Below are positions 17,538-27,100 of a stretch of DNA of 46,309 nt, piece by piece (position 1 is the first letter of the stretch; every line of letters starts with the position of its first letter). The DNA lies in IMG/VR virus record IMGVR_UViG_3300045410_000131, positions 1 through 46,309 of that record. The stretch is one strand, 5' to 3'. Below the pieces are notes generated by a model. That model saw only the letters and a program-made list of their open reading frames with translations, was not told where the DNA came from and did not search any database. The stretch is from a virus (Duplodnaviria > Caudoviricetes). Position numbers and translations under genes: made by a program.

Positions 17538-17924
17538 ATGAGCCAAACCAACCATAGCCCCAAACTCAAAGCCGCTATGACAGAGATAGGTAGGATCCTC
17601 CTCCACTACGATATCGCCGGCTATGTTCTTTTATGTGAACCCGGCTTTTCCGAGTGGCTTATCCACGTGAATCCCTCCTGGTCCATGATGGCATTCGAGT
17701 CCTGTGGCCCCGTTGCTGCCATCAGGTTCCGGTCCAAATCCGAAGACTTCGGTGGAGACACGGAAGCCCAAAGAGTCGCCATCGAGCGAACTGCCAACAT
17801 GACGGAGCACTTCCGCGCCCTCCTCTTCCGTGACGCCGCCGCCTTTAAGGAACTCTCTGAAGTGCTCGCAACCATCTACGACATCACTCATTACCAAGAG
17901 CCACCAGAGAGGACGCTTCAATGA
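17538..17924 (+). CDS. Hypothetical protein
   Basis: GGAG RBS, 128 aa. Confidence 0.7.
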   Translation: MSQTNHSPKLKAAMTEIGRILLHYDIAGYVLLCEPGFSEWLIHVNPSWSMMAFESCGPVAAIRFRSKSEDFGGDTEAQRVAIERTANMTEHFRALLFRDAAAFKELSEVLATIYDITHYQEPPERTLQ

Positions 17925-17941
17925 TTCGCGGACGCCTCTAG

Positions 17942-18328
17942 GTGCCCCACAGTGCTTTCACATCCTATGTGCTCCACATCGCATCCAGAGTTGAGGCAAA
18001 GAAGAAGCAGTCACTCCGGGCCTGTAAAAATTGTGGGGCACCTGCACTCCCCGACAGGTTCATGTGTCATGTGTGCAAGAAAGCGCAAATGCGAATGCTT
18101 TACTACAGGAGAACAGGAAAAATGTTAGCGTCAGATATAAACAAGTTCGAGGCCTGCCTCACAACAGCCCTGACGGCCGTCGTGATAAAAGACAGGGAAA
18201 GTGTTAAGATACTCACCAAGCTCGCCGACCGGTACAAGAACAGCAAAGAATTCACCTATGTCTCCCAAGAGGAGCTAGCAACCCTAGCTCGGCTGAACGG
18301 GAAAAGCGTTCAGGAAATGTTGGAGTAA
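17942..18328 (+). CDS. Zn-finger-containing hypothetical protein
   Basis: CKNC...CHVC. Confidence 0.6.
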   Translation: MPHSAFTSYVLHIASRVEAKKKQSLRACKNCGAPALPDRFMCHVCKKAQMRMLYYRRTGKMLASDINKFEACLTTALTAVVIKDRESVKILTKLADRYKNSKEFTYVSQEELATLARLNGKSVQEMLE

Positions 18329-18334
18329 AATGAA

Positions 18335-18508
18335 ATGCAAGAAGTACTCGTCGGGACCATCCCCGCTCTCATCACACTTACAATGGCACTCATCTGCTTC
18401 ATGGCGGGTGTGTTCCCCGGAAGCCTCCTCACGCGCTGTTGGTTCTTCACGGCAGGCTGCGTGTTTCTAGCCCTCTTCTTTATCGACACAGGAGGAGGCG
18501 GCATATGA
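18335..18508 (+). CDS. Small 2-TM membrane protein (57 aa; below ORF-track cutoff)
   Basis: MQEVLVGTIPALITLTMALICF...FLALFFID; stop overlaps next ATG. Confidence 0.55.
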   Translation: MQEVLVGTIPALITLTMALICFMAGVFPGSLLTRCWFFTAGCVFLALFFIDTGGGGI

Positions 18509-19773
18509 AGCTCCAAAAGTTAGCCAACATAATCATTCCTGACAACCGGCAGCGGAGCCCCATCAAAGAGAGCCTTGAGGGCGACCTTGCCGAATCAATC
18601 TTACGGCGAGTGGGCCTGCTCCATCCAGTTGTGATAACCGAGAACGCTTCTGGAGCCCCTGTCCTTCTCGCCGGTTTCCGGCGCCTTTCGGTCATAAAGC
18701 TCATCCATGAGGCGAAGCGCCAGTTCTTTTTCGAGGGCAACCCTGTTCCTCCCGGCTTCATCCCCGTCACGACTCTTGAAGAGATGTCTCCCGTGGAGTT
18801 CGCCCAAGCCGAGCTAGATGAGAACTTTTCCCGGCTCGATTTGAACTTCCGGGACCAGTGTGCGGCCCGTGCTCTCATTCATCGCCTCCGCTGCGCCCAA
18901 GACCCCGACCACACGGCGCAATCTACCGCGCGGGAACTGGGCCTCGCACCCGGCTCCGCAAAGGTTATCACGGATTCCGTGCTCGTCCACGATAACTTCC
19001 ACCGAGCCAGTGTGCGCAACTCCCGTTCCTTCGCGGAAGCCCGGAACAATCTCCTTCGCGAACTCGAGGCCGAGCTGGCACAGCAGGTGGGGGCGCAAGG
19101 CACCGCGTTCCAGCGCGAAGCGCCGGTTCTCCTCTTCGGCTCTGCCCAAGAAGAGATGAAGAAACTAGCCGCGAAAGGCACTCGAGTTGACTGTATCATC
19201 ACCGACCCTCCCTACGGGATAAACATCGGGAGTTCGGGACATACTAAATCCCTCCATAGCTACGTCGACGACGAGGCGACAAGTAGCGAACTCTATCTCT
19301 CCATCATATCTCTCGGGAAGCAGCTCATGCCGGAGGGCCACCTCTACCTCTTCTGTGATATTCGCCGCTTCCCCGAGATCGCGGCCCTAGCTCGCGCCAA
19401 CGGATTCCTCGTGTGGAACTTCCCGATCATTTGGTACAAGGGCACCCAGTCCGGCGCCCCTGATATCCTCCTCGGCCCCCGGCACACCTACGAGACAATT
19501 CTCTTTGCTACTCACGGGAACGTTCCACTCCGCTCTTCTTTCCTCGACTGCATCACTCACATTCCTGCAACCCCCACCGAGCACCCGGCGGGCAAACCAC
19601 CGGAGCTGTACAAGTATCTCCTCTCTTCTTCCTGCCTGCCAGGCAGCACGGTCCTCGACCCATGCTGCGGTGGGGGTCCGGTATTTCCGGCCGCGAAGGC
19701 TCTTGGTCTCCACGCCATTGGAATCGAGAAAGAGAAAGCCTACTACGCGATGGCCTGGGAGATGACACAGTGA
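18505..19773 (+). CDS. ParB-like domain + HTH fused to N6A/N4C DNA methyltransferase
   Basis: GLLHPVV...LLAGFRRL...DENFSR (ParB), STARELG (HTH), IITDPPY, HPAGKP, VLDPCCGGG (MTase). Confidence 0.88.
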   Translation: MKLQKLANIIIPDNRQRSPIKESLEGDLAESILRRVGLLHPVVITENASGAPVLLAGFRRLSVIKLIHEAKRQFFFEGNPVPPGFIPVTTLEEMSPVEFAQAELDENFSRLDLNFRDQCAARALIHRLRCAQDPDHTAQSTARELGLAPGSAKVITDSVLVHDNFHRASVRNSRSFAEARNNLLRELEAELAQQVGAQGTAFQREAPVLLFGSAQEEMKKLAAKGTRVDCIITDPPYGINIGSSGHTKSLHSYVDDEATSSELYLSIISLGKQLMPEGHLYLFCDIRRFPEIAALARANGFLVWNFPIIWYKGTQSGAPDILLGPRHTYETILFATHGNVPLRSSFLDCITHIPATPTEHPAGKPPELYKYLLSSSCLPGSTVLDPCCGGGPVFPAAKALGLHAIGIEKEKAYYAMAWEMTQ

Positions 19774-22160
19774 AAGGAACGCCCCCCGCCGCGCGATTCC
19801 ACCTCCCCCCTCCCGATGGACCGCTCTCGGCATCCATCTACATTCTCGGTGAAGCCTTTGGACGTGAAGAGGCGTCCCAAGCACGGCCCTTTGTGGGCGA
19901 GTCCGGGATCGAGCTGTGGCGAATACTCGGGGAGGTCGGTATAAAGCGAGCGGATTGCCGGGTCTCAAACCTGGTGAACTTCCAGCCCCCACGGAACGAT
20001 TTCAAGTTCTTCGCCCCGAAGGGGCTCTCTCATCCTGAGCACTTCCACCCGCTTTTGGTCCAGGGTCTTGAGGAGTTGAAGGCGGACCTCGAGAACTGGG
20101 TCGCGAAGCGACCCGGGCGCCTCATCATCGCCTGTGGGGGTCGTGCCCTTTGGGCACTCACCGGTCACGATAAGATAATGGCCTGGCGAGGAAGCCAACT
20201 AACCGTCGAGGCACTTGGCGGCACGCGCCTAATGCCCATCCTCCATCCGGCAGCCATCATCCGCCAGTGGGTGTGGCGAACCATTACCGTCTGCGACCTT
20301 AGCCGCGCCGTGGAGGCGCCCTGGACGCCTCCGGTCTCCACCTACACCATCAACCCGACGTTTAGGGAAGTCAAAGACTTCCTCGTCAAGTGTGCCGACC
20401 AGACCGTCGCCGTCGATATCGAAACCGATGACCAGCGTGACATCGCGTGCATCGCAGTGGCGGCAAAGCCGCGGGAGGCCATCTGCATTCCCTGGTCCAC
20501 CGACGGCAAGCCCAGATGGAGCCTTGAAGAGGAACTCCGCATCCGGGAACTCCTCACCGCACTCGGCCCTGTCATCGGCCAGAACTTCGCCTATGACCAC
20601 CAGTATCTTTCGGGCCTCCTCTATTGGTCTCCAAGGGTTCGCTTTGACACGCTCATTGCGCAGCATGTTCTCCTCCCGGGAACTCCCAAAGACCTTGGGT
20701 ACCTCTCCTCCCAGTGGTGCCGTCATCACGTCCAGTGGAAACACGAGGACGCCCGGAATCTGAAGACTCCCATTCCCGGGCTTTGGCCTGAGCGTGCCCT
20801 CCTCTATAACGTCGCCAAGGGCGACGCTTGGCCCGAGAGGAGGTGGCGCTACAACTGCAAGGATGCGGGAAACACAATGGAGATCGCCGTCGCGCAACGG
20901 AAAGCAATAGAGCAGGCAGGCCTTGCGCCCCAGTTCGCCGAGATGATGGGTCGCCTCGAACGATATCTTGGTATAATGTATCGAGGAATCCGAATCGACA
21001 CGAAGAGGCGCCGAGAGTTAAAGCTTTCCATGCTCGAGGAAATCGGAAACGACGAGGGACTTTTGTCGACCATACTACTCGGGGTACCGAAGGTACCCCG
21101 GGCCGCTCCGTGGTATAGGTCTCCCGTCCAGCAGAAGAAAATCTTTTATGACCTTTTCCGGGTCCAGCCGGTAATGGTGAAGTACTCCGACGGCTACCGC
21201 CCCGGACTGGATGGAGACGCCCTCGAGACGATTCTAAAGAGGGAGCCCGCCCTCGGGCCGCTGATAAATACCCTTCTCTCCTACCGTAACAAGTGCTATA
21301 TTTTCTCCCACCTGCTGGAGGCCGGACTCGAACCTGACAAGCGCATGCGGTGTTTTTTCAACCCAGCCGGGGCAGAGACGTTCCGCCTCTCTTCCTCCAC
21401 CAACGCCTTCGGTCGGGGAACGAATCTCCAGAACATCGAGAAGAAGTACCGAAAACTCTTCATCCCGGACCCCGGCCGTGTCCTCTGCGAAGTCGACCTT
21501 GAAGGGGCCGACCTACAGGTAGTTGCATGGGAGGCACGAGACGAGGAACTGAAGGCCATCCTCCGCGCAAGGGTCGATGTGCATACAGAGAACGCCAAGC
21601 TGCTCTTCGGCGCCAGTGCTCAGGGCGATCCCGTCAAGCGGCATCTTGCCAAGTCCTGGGTGCACGGAACAAACTACGGAGGCACGCCTTGGACCATGGC
21701 GCGCTTCTGCGGCATCACGGTGCACGAGGCCGAAGGCCTCCAACGCCGTTGGTTCTCCGCACATCCAGGTATCCCCGACTGGCACACGAGGGTTCGCGCA
21801 AGCCTGGATGCGACGCGCAGCGTCGCAAATCGCTTCGGCTATCGAATCATCTACCTCGGCCGGGTGGACTCATTACTCCCTGAAGCACTCGCATGGATTC
21901 CACAATCCACCGTCGCCATCCTCACCGACAAGTGGATGCAAAACCTGGAGGGTCGCAAAGCGACCCTGCCTTTCCCGGTCGAGCTTCTTCTCCAGGTCCA
22001 CGACTCTATCGTGTTCCAGATTCCAACTCTGGCAAAGCCAGAGTTGCTTCTTCCGTGCTTCCAAACCCCTGTCCCGTACGAGGATCCTTTGGTGATCCCA
22101 GTTTCCTTTAGCACATCCTCCTCGTCTTGGGGCGACATGGAGAAAATAGAAATAAGATGA
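19770..22160 (+). CDS. polA: Family A DNA polymerase with N-terminal family-4 uracil-DNA glycosylase-like domain and 3'-5' exonuclease
   Basis: GEAFGREE..RPFVGESG, LHPAA (UDG); DIET, NFAYD, YNCKD (exo); DLEGADLQ, RHLAKSWVHGTNYG, VHDS (pol motifs A/B/C). Confidence 0.93.
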   Translation: MKGTPPAARFHLPPPDGPLSASIYILGEAFGREEASQARPFVGESGIELWRILGEVGIKRADCRVSNLVNFQPPRNDFKFFAPKGLSHPEHFHPLLVQGLEELKADLENWVAKRPGRLIIACGGRALWALTGHDKIMAWRGSQLTVEALGGTRLMPILHPAAIIRQWVWRTITVCDLSRAVEAPWTPPVSTYTINPTFREVKDFLVKCADQTVAVDIETDDQRDIACIAVAAKPREAICIPWSTDGKPRWSLEEELRIRELLTALGPVIGQNFAYDHQYLSGLLYWSPRVRFDTLIAQHVLLPGTPKDLGYLSSQWCRHHVQWKHEDARNLKTPIPGLWPERALLYNVAKGDAWPERRWRYNCKDAGNTMEIAVAQRKAIEQAGLAPQFAEMMGRLERYLGIMYRGIRIDTKRRRELKLSMLEEIGNDEGLLSTILLGVPKVPRAAPWYRSPVQQKKIFYDLFRVQPVMVKYSDGYRPGLDGDALETILKREPALGPLINTLLSYRNKCYIFSHLLEAGLEPDKRMRCFFNPAGAETFRLSSSTNAFGRGTNLQNIEKKYRKLFIPDPGRVLCEVDLEGADLQVVAWEARDEELKAILRARVDVHTENAKLLFGASAQGDPVKRHLAKSWVHGTNYGGTPWTMARFCGITVHEAEGLQRRWFSAHPGIPDWHTRVRASLDATRSVANRFGYRIIYLGRVDSLLPEALAWIPQSTVAILTDKWMQNLEGRKATLPFPVELLLQVHDSIVFQIPTLAKPELLLPCFQTPVPYEDPLVIPVSFSTSSSSWGDMEKIEIR

Positions 22161-22175
22161 AAGAGGAGTCGAGAG

Positions 22176-23396
22176 TTGAGAATATTCCCCGACTGGCTTG
22201 CCGCCTATATGGACTACACGAACCTCCTTGAAGCTCCAGGCCGCTTCCACTTTTGGGCAGGCGTCAGTACCGTAGCGGGCGCTTTGCGCAAGCGAGTGTG
22301 GCTGGACCAGCGCCGTTTCCAGTGGGTTCCGAACTTCTACATCCTGCTGATCGGGCCTCCGGGCGTCGTGAACAAAACTACAACAATCGATACGGCAACC
22401 GACCTGCTCCATGAAGTCCCCGGAATACATTTTGGCGCCGACGCGACCTCTTGGCAATCCCTAGTATCGGAGATGGAAGAAAACATCGAAGCGGTGGAGA
22501 TCGGTGACCGAGTCCACAAAATGAGCTGCCTCACCATCTCCCTCTCCGAGTTCGGAACCTTTCTGGATCCCGAAGACCGGGCGCAGATGGACGCCCTCGT
22601 GGCGCTTTGGGACGGCCGCAAGACGCCCTTCCGGAAGAGCACCAAGACGCAGGGGAGAGAAACCATCCCGTCGCCTTGGATCAACATCATTGCGGGTACC
22701 ACGCCCGCCTGGATGCGCCGGAACTTCACGCTTGACCTCCTTGACGGCGGCCTAGGCAGCCGGATTGTTTTCCTTTTCGCCTCCCAGAAGCGCCATTACC
22801 GCGCCTTCCTTGACAGCACAACGCCATCACAGGAAGACGAGATGCTCCGTGAGAGCCTGATACTGGATCTTCGGGACATCGCCTCTCTCAAGGGCGAATA
22901 CCATCTCTCGCCCGAGGCGCGTAGCTTTGGCGAGGTCTGGTACGAGAGCCACTGGCGCGACCGGCCGGCTTACCTCGCCAGTGAGCGCTTTGACGGCTAC
23001 TATGGTCGGAAGCAGACGCATATCATGAAACTTGCCATGATACTCTCCGCCGCGAGAAGGTCATCACTTCTTATCACTCTCGAGGACATAATGGCGGCAG
23101 AGAAAATCATAACGTCAATCGAGGTCGGAATGCAAAAGGTATTCAAAATCGTTGGCGCCTCCGAAGAAGGCCGCCACATTCTGAACATCGTTCAAGAGGT
23201 CAAGGCCCTCGGCCAGGTCGAGTTCAAGGACCTCTATCGACGCTTCCTGAAAGACGTCCGAGGTCCCGAGGAACTCGCGGCCATGATAAAAGGCGCCGTG
23301 AACGCAGGCTATCTTCAATGGGTCGGACCGGGCACCCTGGAGTATTGTAAAGACAAAGAGGAAGAGAACGATGGGGAAGAAAACAGGGAGAACTAA
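22176..23396 (+). CDS. DUF3987-like AAA+ ATPase, probable replicative helicase
   Basis: GPPGVVNKTT Walker A, SEFG Walker B-like, GGLGSR, KLAMILSAAR; follows polA. Confidence 0.75.
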   Translation: MRIFPDWLAAYMDYTNLLEAPGRFHFWAGVSTVAGALRKRVWLDQRRFQWVPNFYILLIGPPGVVNKTTTIDTATDLLHEVPGIHFGADATSWQSLVSEMEENIEAVEIGDRVHKMSCLTISLSEFGTFLDPEDRAQMDALVALWDGRKTPFRKSTKTQGRETIPSPWINIIAGTTPAWMRRNFTLDLLDGGLGSRIVFLFASQKRHYRAFLDSTTPSQEDEMLRESLILDLRDIASLKGEYHLSPEARSFGEVWYESHWRDRPAYLASERFDGYYGRKQTHIMKLAMILSAARRSSLLITLEDIMAAEKIITSIEVGMQKVFKIVGASEEGRHILNIVQEVKALGQVEFKDLYRRFLKDVRGPEELAAMIKGAVNAGYLQWVGPGTLEYCKDKEEENDGEENREN

Positions 23397-23430
23397 CCGA
23401 CGGGCCGCAACGCAATCCGAGGTAACCACC

Positions 23431-23583
23431 ATGATGCACCTATTCCTTTTGTTCGTCTTCCTCCTCCTTTGGGTTGTCTTCCTAGGAGGTGAATTCGCGT
23501 GGTCGTGGATTCAAGGCCACATTGTATTGGTTCTCGTCGCGCTACTGCTACTAACATACCTTGCTACTTGGACAGGAGATTAA
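23431..23583 (+). CDS. Small 2-TM protein
   Basis: GAGGT RBS; hydrophobic. Confidence 0.55.
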   Translation: MMHLFLLFVFLLLWVVFLGGEFAWSWIQGHIVLVLVALLLLTYLATWTGD

Positions 23584-23588
23584 CTGAA

Positions 23589-24131
23589 ATGCCTAATTTT
23601 GACGCGTCAAAATTGGTCAAAGTTGTGCACCGGTCCGACGACGGAAGACTCACATCTCTCCAACCGAGACCCCCGCTGTGTGTGGAGTACAAGATAGGAG
23701 AATGGGTTAGAGCCCCCATAGGGGGATTACTGTGTATGCAACCCTCTATATCTGGGAACTACTTGCGGGCCAAGATAGCGTGGGCTCAAGACGAGGCACA
23801 CCTTAACAAAATAAATTTCCCAATCTATTTCGTGGAAGCAAGAGGGCCTGTTAGTCTGCCATACCGGCGTCTCTGCATAGATACTATATATACCTGGCTA
23901 CTCCAAAGCTACGCAGATAGGCAGGCCGAGCGCCTTCAAAGCTCCGCGGAAAAGTTATGGACAGAGCCGAGTCCTATGATATGTAGACCTAGTGGGGGTC
24001 AATTCTGGGAGGCCGTTGACTGGCCGATGGGAACCGTAGCGTTCCAGGAGGTGAAACTAGTGGAGCAACTCACACTAGAGGACCTAGACGGCCTCAGAAA
24101 GTTTCTGGGTCGGGTCCCGCCTGAGTCCTAG
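23589..24131 (+). CDS. Hypothetical protein, last gene of + arm
   Basis: AGGAG RBS, ATG 23589; converges on the virion arm. Confidence 0.65.
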   Translation: MPNFDASKLVKVVHRSDDGRLTSLQPRPPLCVEYKIGEWVRAPIGGLLCMQPSISGNYLRAKIAWAQDEAHLNKINFPIYFVEARGPVSLPYRRLCIDTIYTWLLQSYADRQAERLQSSAEKLWTEPSPMICRPSGGQFWEAVDWPMGTVAFQEVKLVEQLTLEDLDGLRKFLGRVPPES

Positions 24132-27100
24132 GCGTCGCCTTTGGCGTCGCTAGGGTTTCTACCCCAATGCCCTCTCGGACATCTTTCTCTATCGGCTGGA
24201 ATTTGCGTGGCACCGGCGGCACTCCAATACCCTGCATCGATTGCCGTTGGCGCTTACGCACCTCTAGCCCGACATCCCGGTCCGTGACGGAGAGCCGCAT
24301 CGCACCCGGAACCTTGGCGCTTCGCAGGTCGCGGTCGAGTTCGCTTTTCATCTCCCTATACGTTTCCCGCATCTCTGCATCGTCATCCTCTTGCGCCTTC
24401 ACCCCGGCGCGCATCACTGCCCGGCGGCGGGCAGAAATGTAATTCACCCACTCCCAAACTTTCCGCTCGTAGTTCCACTGCCTCGATAGCCGCGTCGGCA
24501 CAGCGCCCATGGCAAGGGCCGCCATCTCCGCGAGGTGCCGTGGGTCATCACTGTCGACCTCCATTATTGGGCGTCCGGCGCGTGTGCTCACGGCGCCTTT
24601 CGTCAGTCCCTCGTGCGCCTTCGTCACAAACCGGATGATTCGTGGCATTGCCCTCTCCCACCGCTTGAACGCGTCGGGATTATCTGAGTCCGCCATCGCC
24701 GAAGTAATCGCATAGCCGAGTCCAGTGGCCGGCCCCAGCACATCCGTGGCGCCCTGAAGGAAGCGGCCTTCCCAGTCCTCTCCGGAATCAAGCAAGTTCA
24801 ACCCAGGGACGATTCGACCAAAGGAGAGGTTCTGACTCAAATCCACTGTGGGGAAGGGAACGCCTCCCATCTCCATGAGGAGTCCCAAGCCGAAGCTCTC
24901 CCTCGAAAGCCCATAGAAGAGTAGGTCAACCGGTCTCTCCCAATACTCACCGGCGAGTTTCTTTGCCTCCCTCTCGACATCGAAGTCCCTCCCAAGGAGC
25001 TTTCGCGCCGCGTACTTGGCGAGCTTCAGAATATCATCCCCGAACGGAATCCCGATGAGTCCGGCCAGCGCCAGCTGTATTAGGAGTGCCCTAGTAGCTC
25101 CCGGATCGTTCCGAAGGAAGTGGAAATGCTGCACGAGGAAGGACTTAAACATCAGCACCACGCCGCCCTTTCCCCTAAACCACTCCGGCCTTGCCCATTT
25201 CGCGTACTCGTACTGGGTCTTCTGAACCGCCTCCTTCGCGGCAAGAAAGTAGGCAGCCTCCGCATCGCTCCAGCCCAGGGCGCGAAGCGCCCCCCTTTGC
25301 CGCGGGTTGTCCCTAAGGAGCTGTATATGTTTGGGGTCTCTGAGCCCTTTTTCTTTCGCCAGAAGCCAAGCCGCACGAAAGGTCGTGCGGCGGTTGAGCA
25401 GCTCCGCGTTCGACATCATCCACGTCGAAACGGCCTGGAACTGCCACATAGCATCCTCAACACGAGTAAACCTTCCCGTGAACTTCTTAAGGAGCCCCTC
25501 GCCCGCCATCGCGGCAAGTTCTGTCGCCTGGCTTTCGTTGAGGAAAGTCTGCTGCTGCGCCATCGTTATGGCGCGGTCATAGTCTTGACCCTTCGGAGCG
25601 CCCTTGTAGACGCCCGTAACATCAGCGTAGGCCTTGCTAAGTGCCGCCAGTGCTTTCTTATCCCCATGCCTGGCCGCAAGATACGGAAGCGTTACCAGTC
25701 CCGGCTGCGTGAGATTCACGGCAGCGCTTATCGGCAGGAATCCAAAGTACCAATGGTAAAGCGCGCCGCGCAGCGCGGCCCAGTCGCTTCCCGGGTTCCT
25801 CACGAACTCAAGGTGCCGCTCCAAATGCCCCAACACGTCCTGATGTTTCTCCAGGTTCAAGGTCTCCCTCGAATCCTTGATTGCCTTACGGAGTTTGTCA
25901 AGTGCCAACTCTTCGTGAACTCCATACTTCAGCTTCGCGATGAACTTCCCAGCGCGGGTAAAATAACTTGCGTAGGCACGCATAGTGTTCTCGTCAAAGC
26001 CCGGAATATTCCTTCTCTTCGCGAACCGAGAGGCGAACGCCTGCCCTGGCGTTGCCGCCATAATCATTTCCTGCAACTCCTCCCGTTGCTTTTGCGTGAG
26101 CCCGAGCCGGTCGGCGAATCTGTGCATCAGCGACGGCGGCATGTTCCGATAGAGGAGCATGTCCCTGTCCCACTTTCCACGGACGACTAGGTAAAGGTGC
26201 TCCGGGAATTGCCCTCGGAGCCGCTTCTCCCAAATAGCCTGTTCGATAAAGTTTTCGGCACCCCTTACGAACACGACCTCATCTGTCGCCCTTTCCCGCA
26301 CCGTGACATTGTACGCTCCATACCGCATGAATGGAATATACGGGCGGCTCTTCATCCGCGCCATCTCCACCTTGAGTTCGTTCAGCCGGTCGTTCAGAAC
26401 CTGCGGGTTCGTAAAGGTCCTCTTCGCGTCCTCCACCAGCGCCGCTTCTACACTGTCCAACACGCTGTTGTAGTCCGCCTCCACACCTTTCCACACCGCA
26501 AACGACAGGCCCTGGAGTCCATGCTTCTGGGACAAAAGGGCCTCTTCATTCAATCCCGGGTGTCGACCCAGTTGGCCTACCTCCAGGATAAAGGCGTTCA
26601 GCGCACCCCGCTGCTTCGCACTAAGTTTTCGCCACTGCTTCAACCGCTCGTTCGCCCGGATTGTCCAGCTCAGCACTTCATCCGCCTCAAGCTGTACGAG
26701 TTCCCCATACTCCGCCACGCCCGGCAGCAGACGGTTCTTGTCCACAATCTGTGGGAGCGTCCACATCCTCTTCACATACGGCCCGTAGCGAGCGACTTCA
26801 AGCGCTGCTCCAGGAGCCAATCTCTTCGCCCACTTGGGCACGTATCCCTCTCCCGGCTGCACCGGACTAGTGCCGCTACTGTTGCTGACGAATTCCACAA
26901 TGGACTCTTCCGGGTCGAACTTACCAGCTCCTAGCGCCTCCGCCATCACGTAGAGGTTTCGCAACTTTCCCGCAACCTCCTTCAGGAATCCTTGGACATC
27001 TCCGAGAACGTCCACCTGTCCATAGGCAAGCCGCTTTTGCAGGTGCCTCCCGATCCCCTCCGCCATCCACTCATCAAAGTCGCTCCAATATCCCCAGTCC

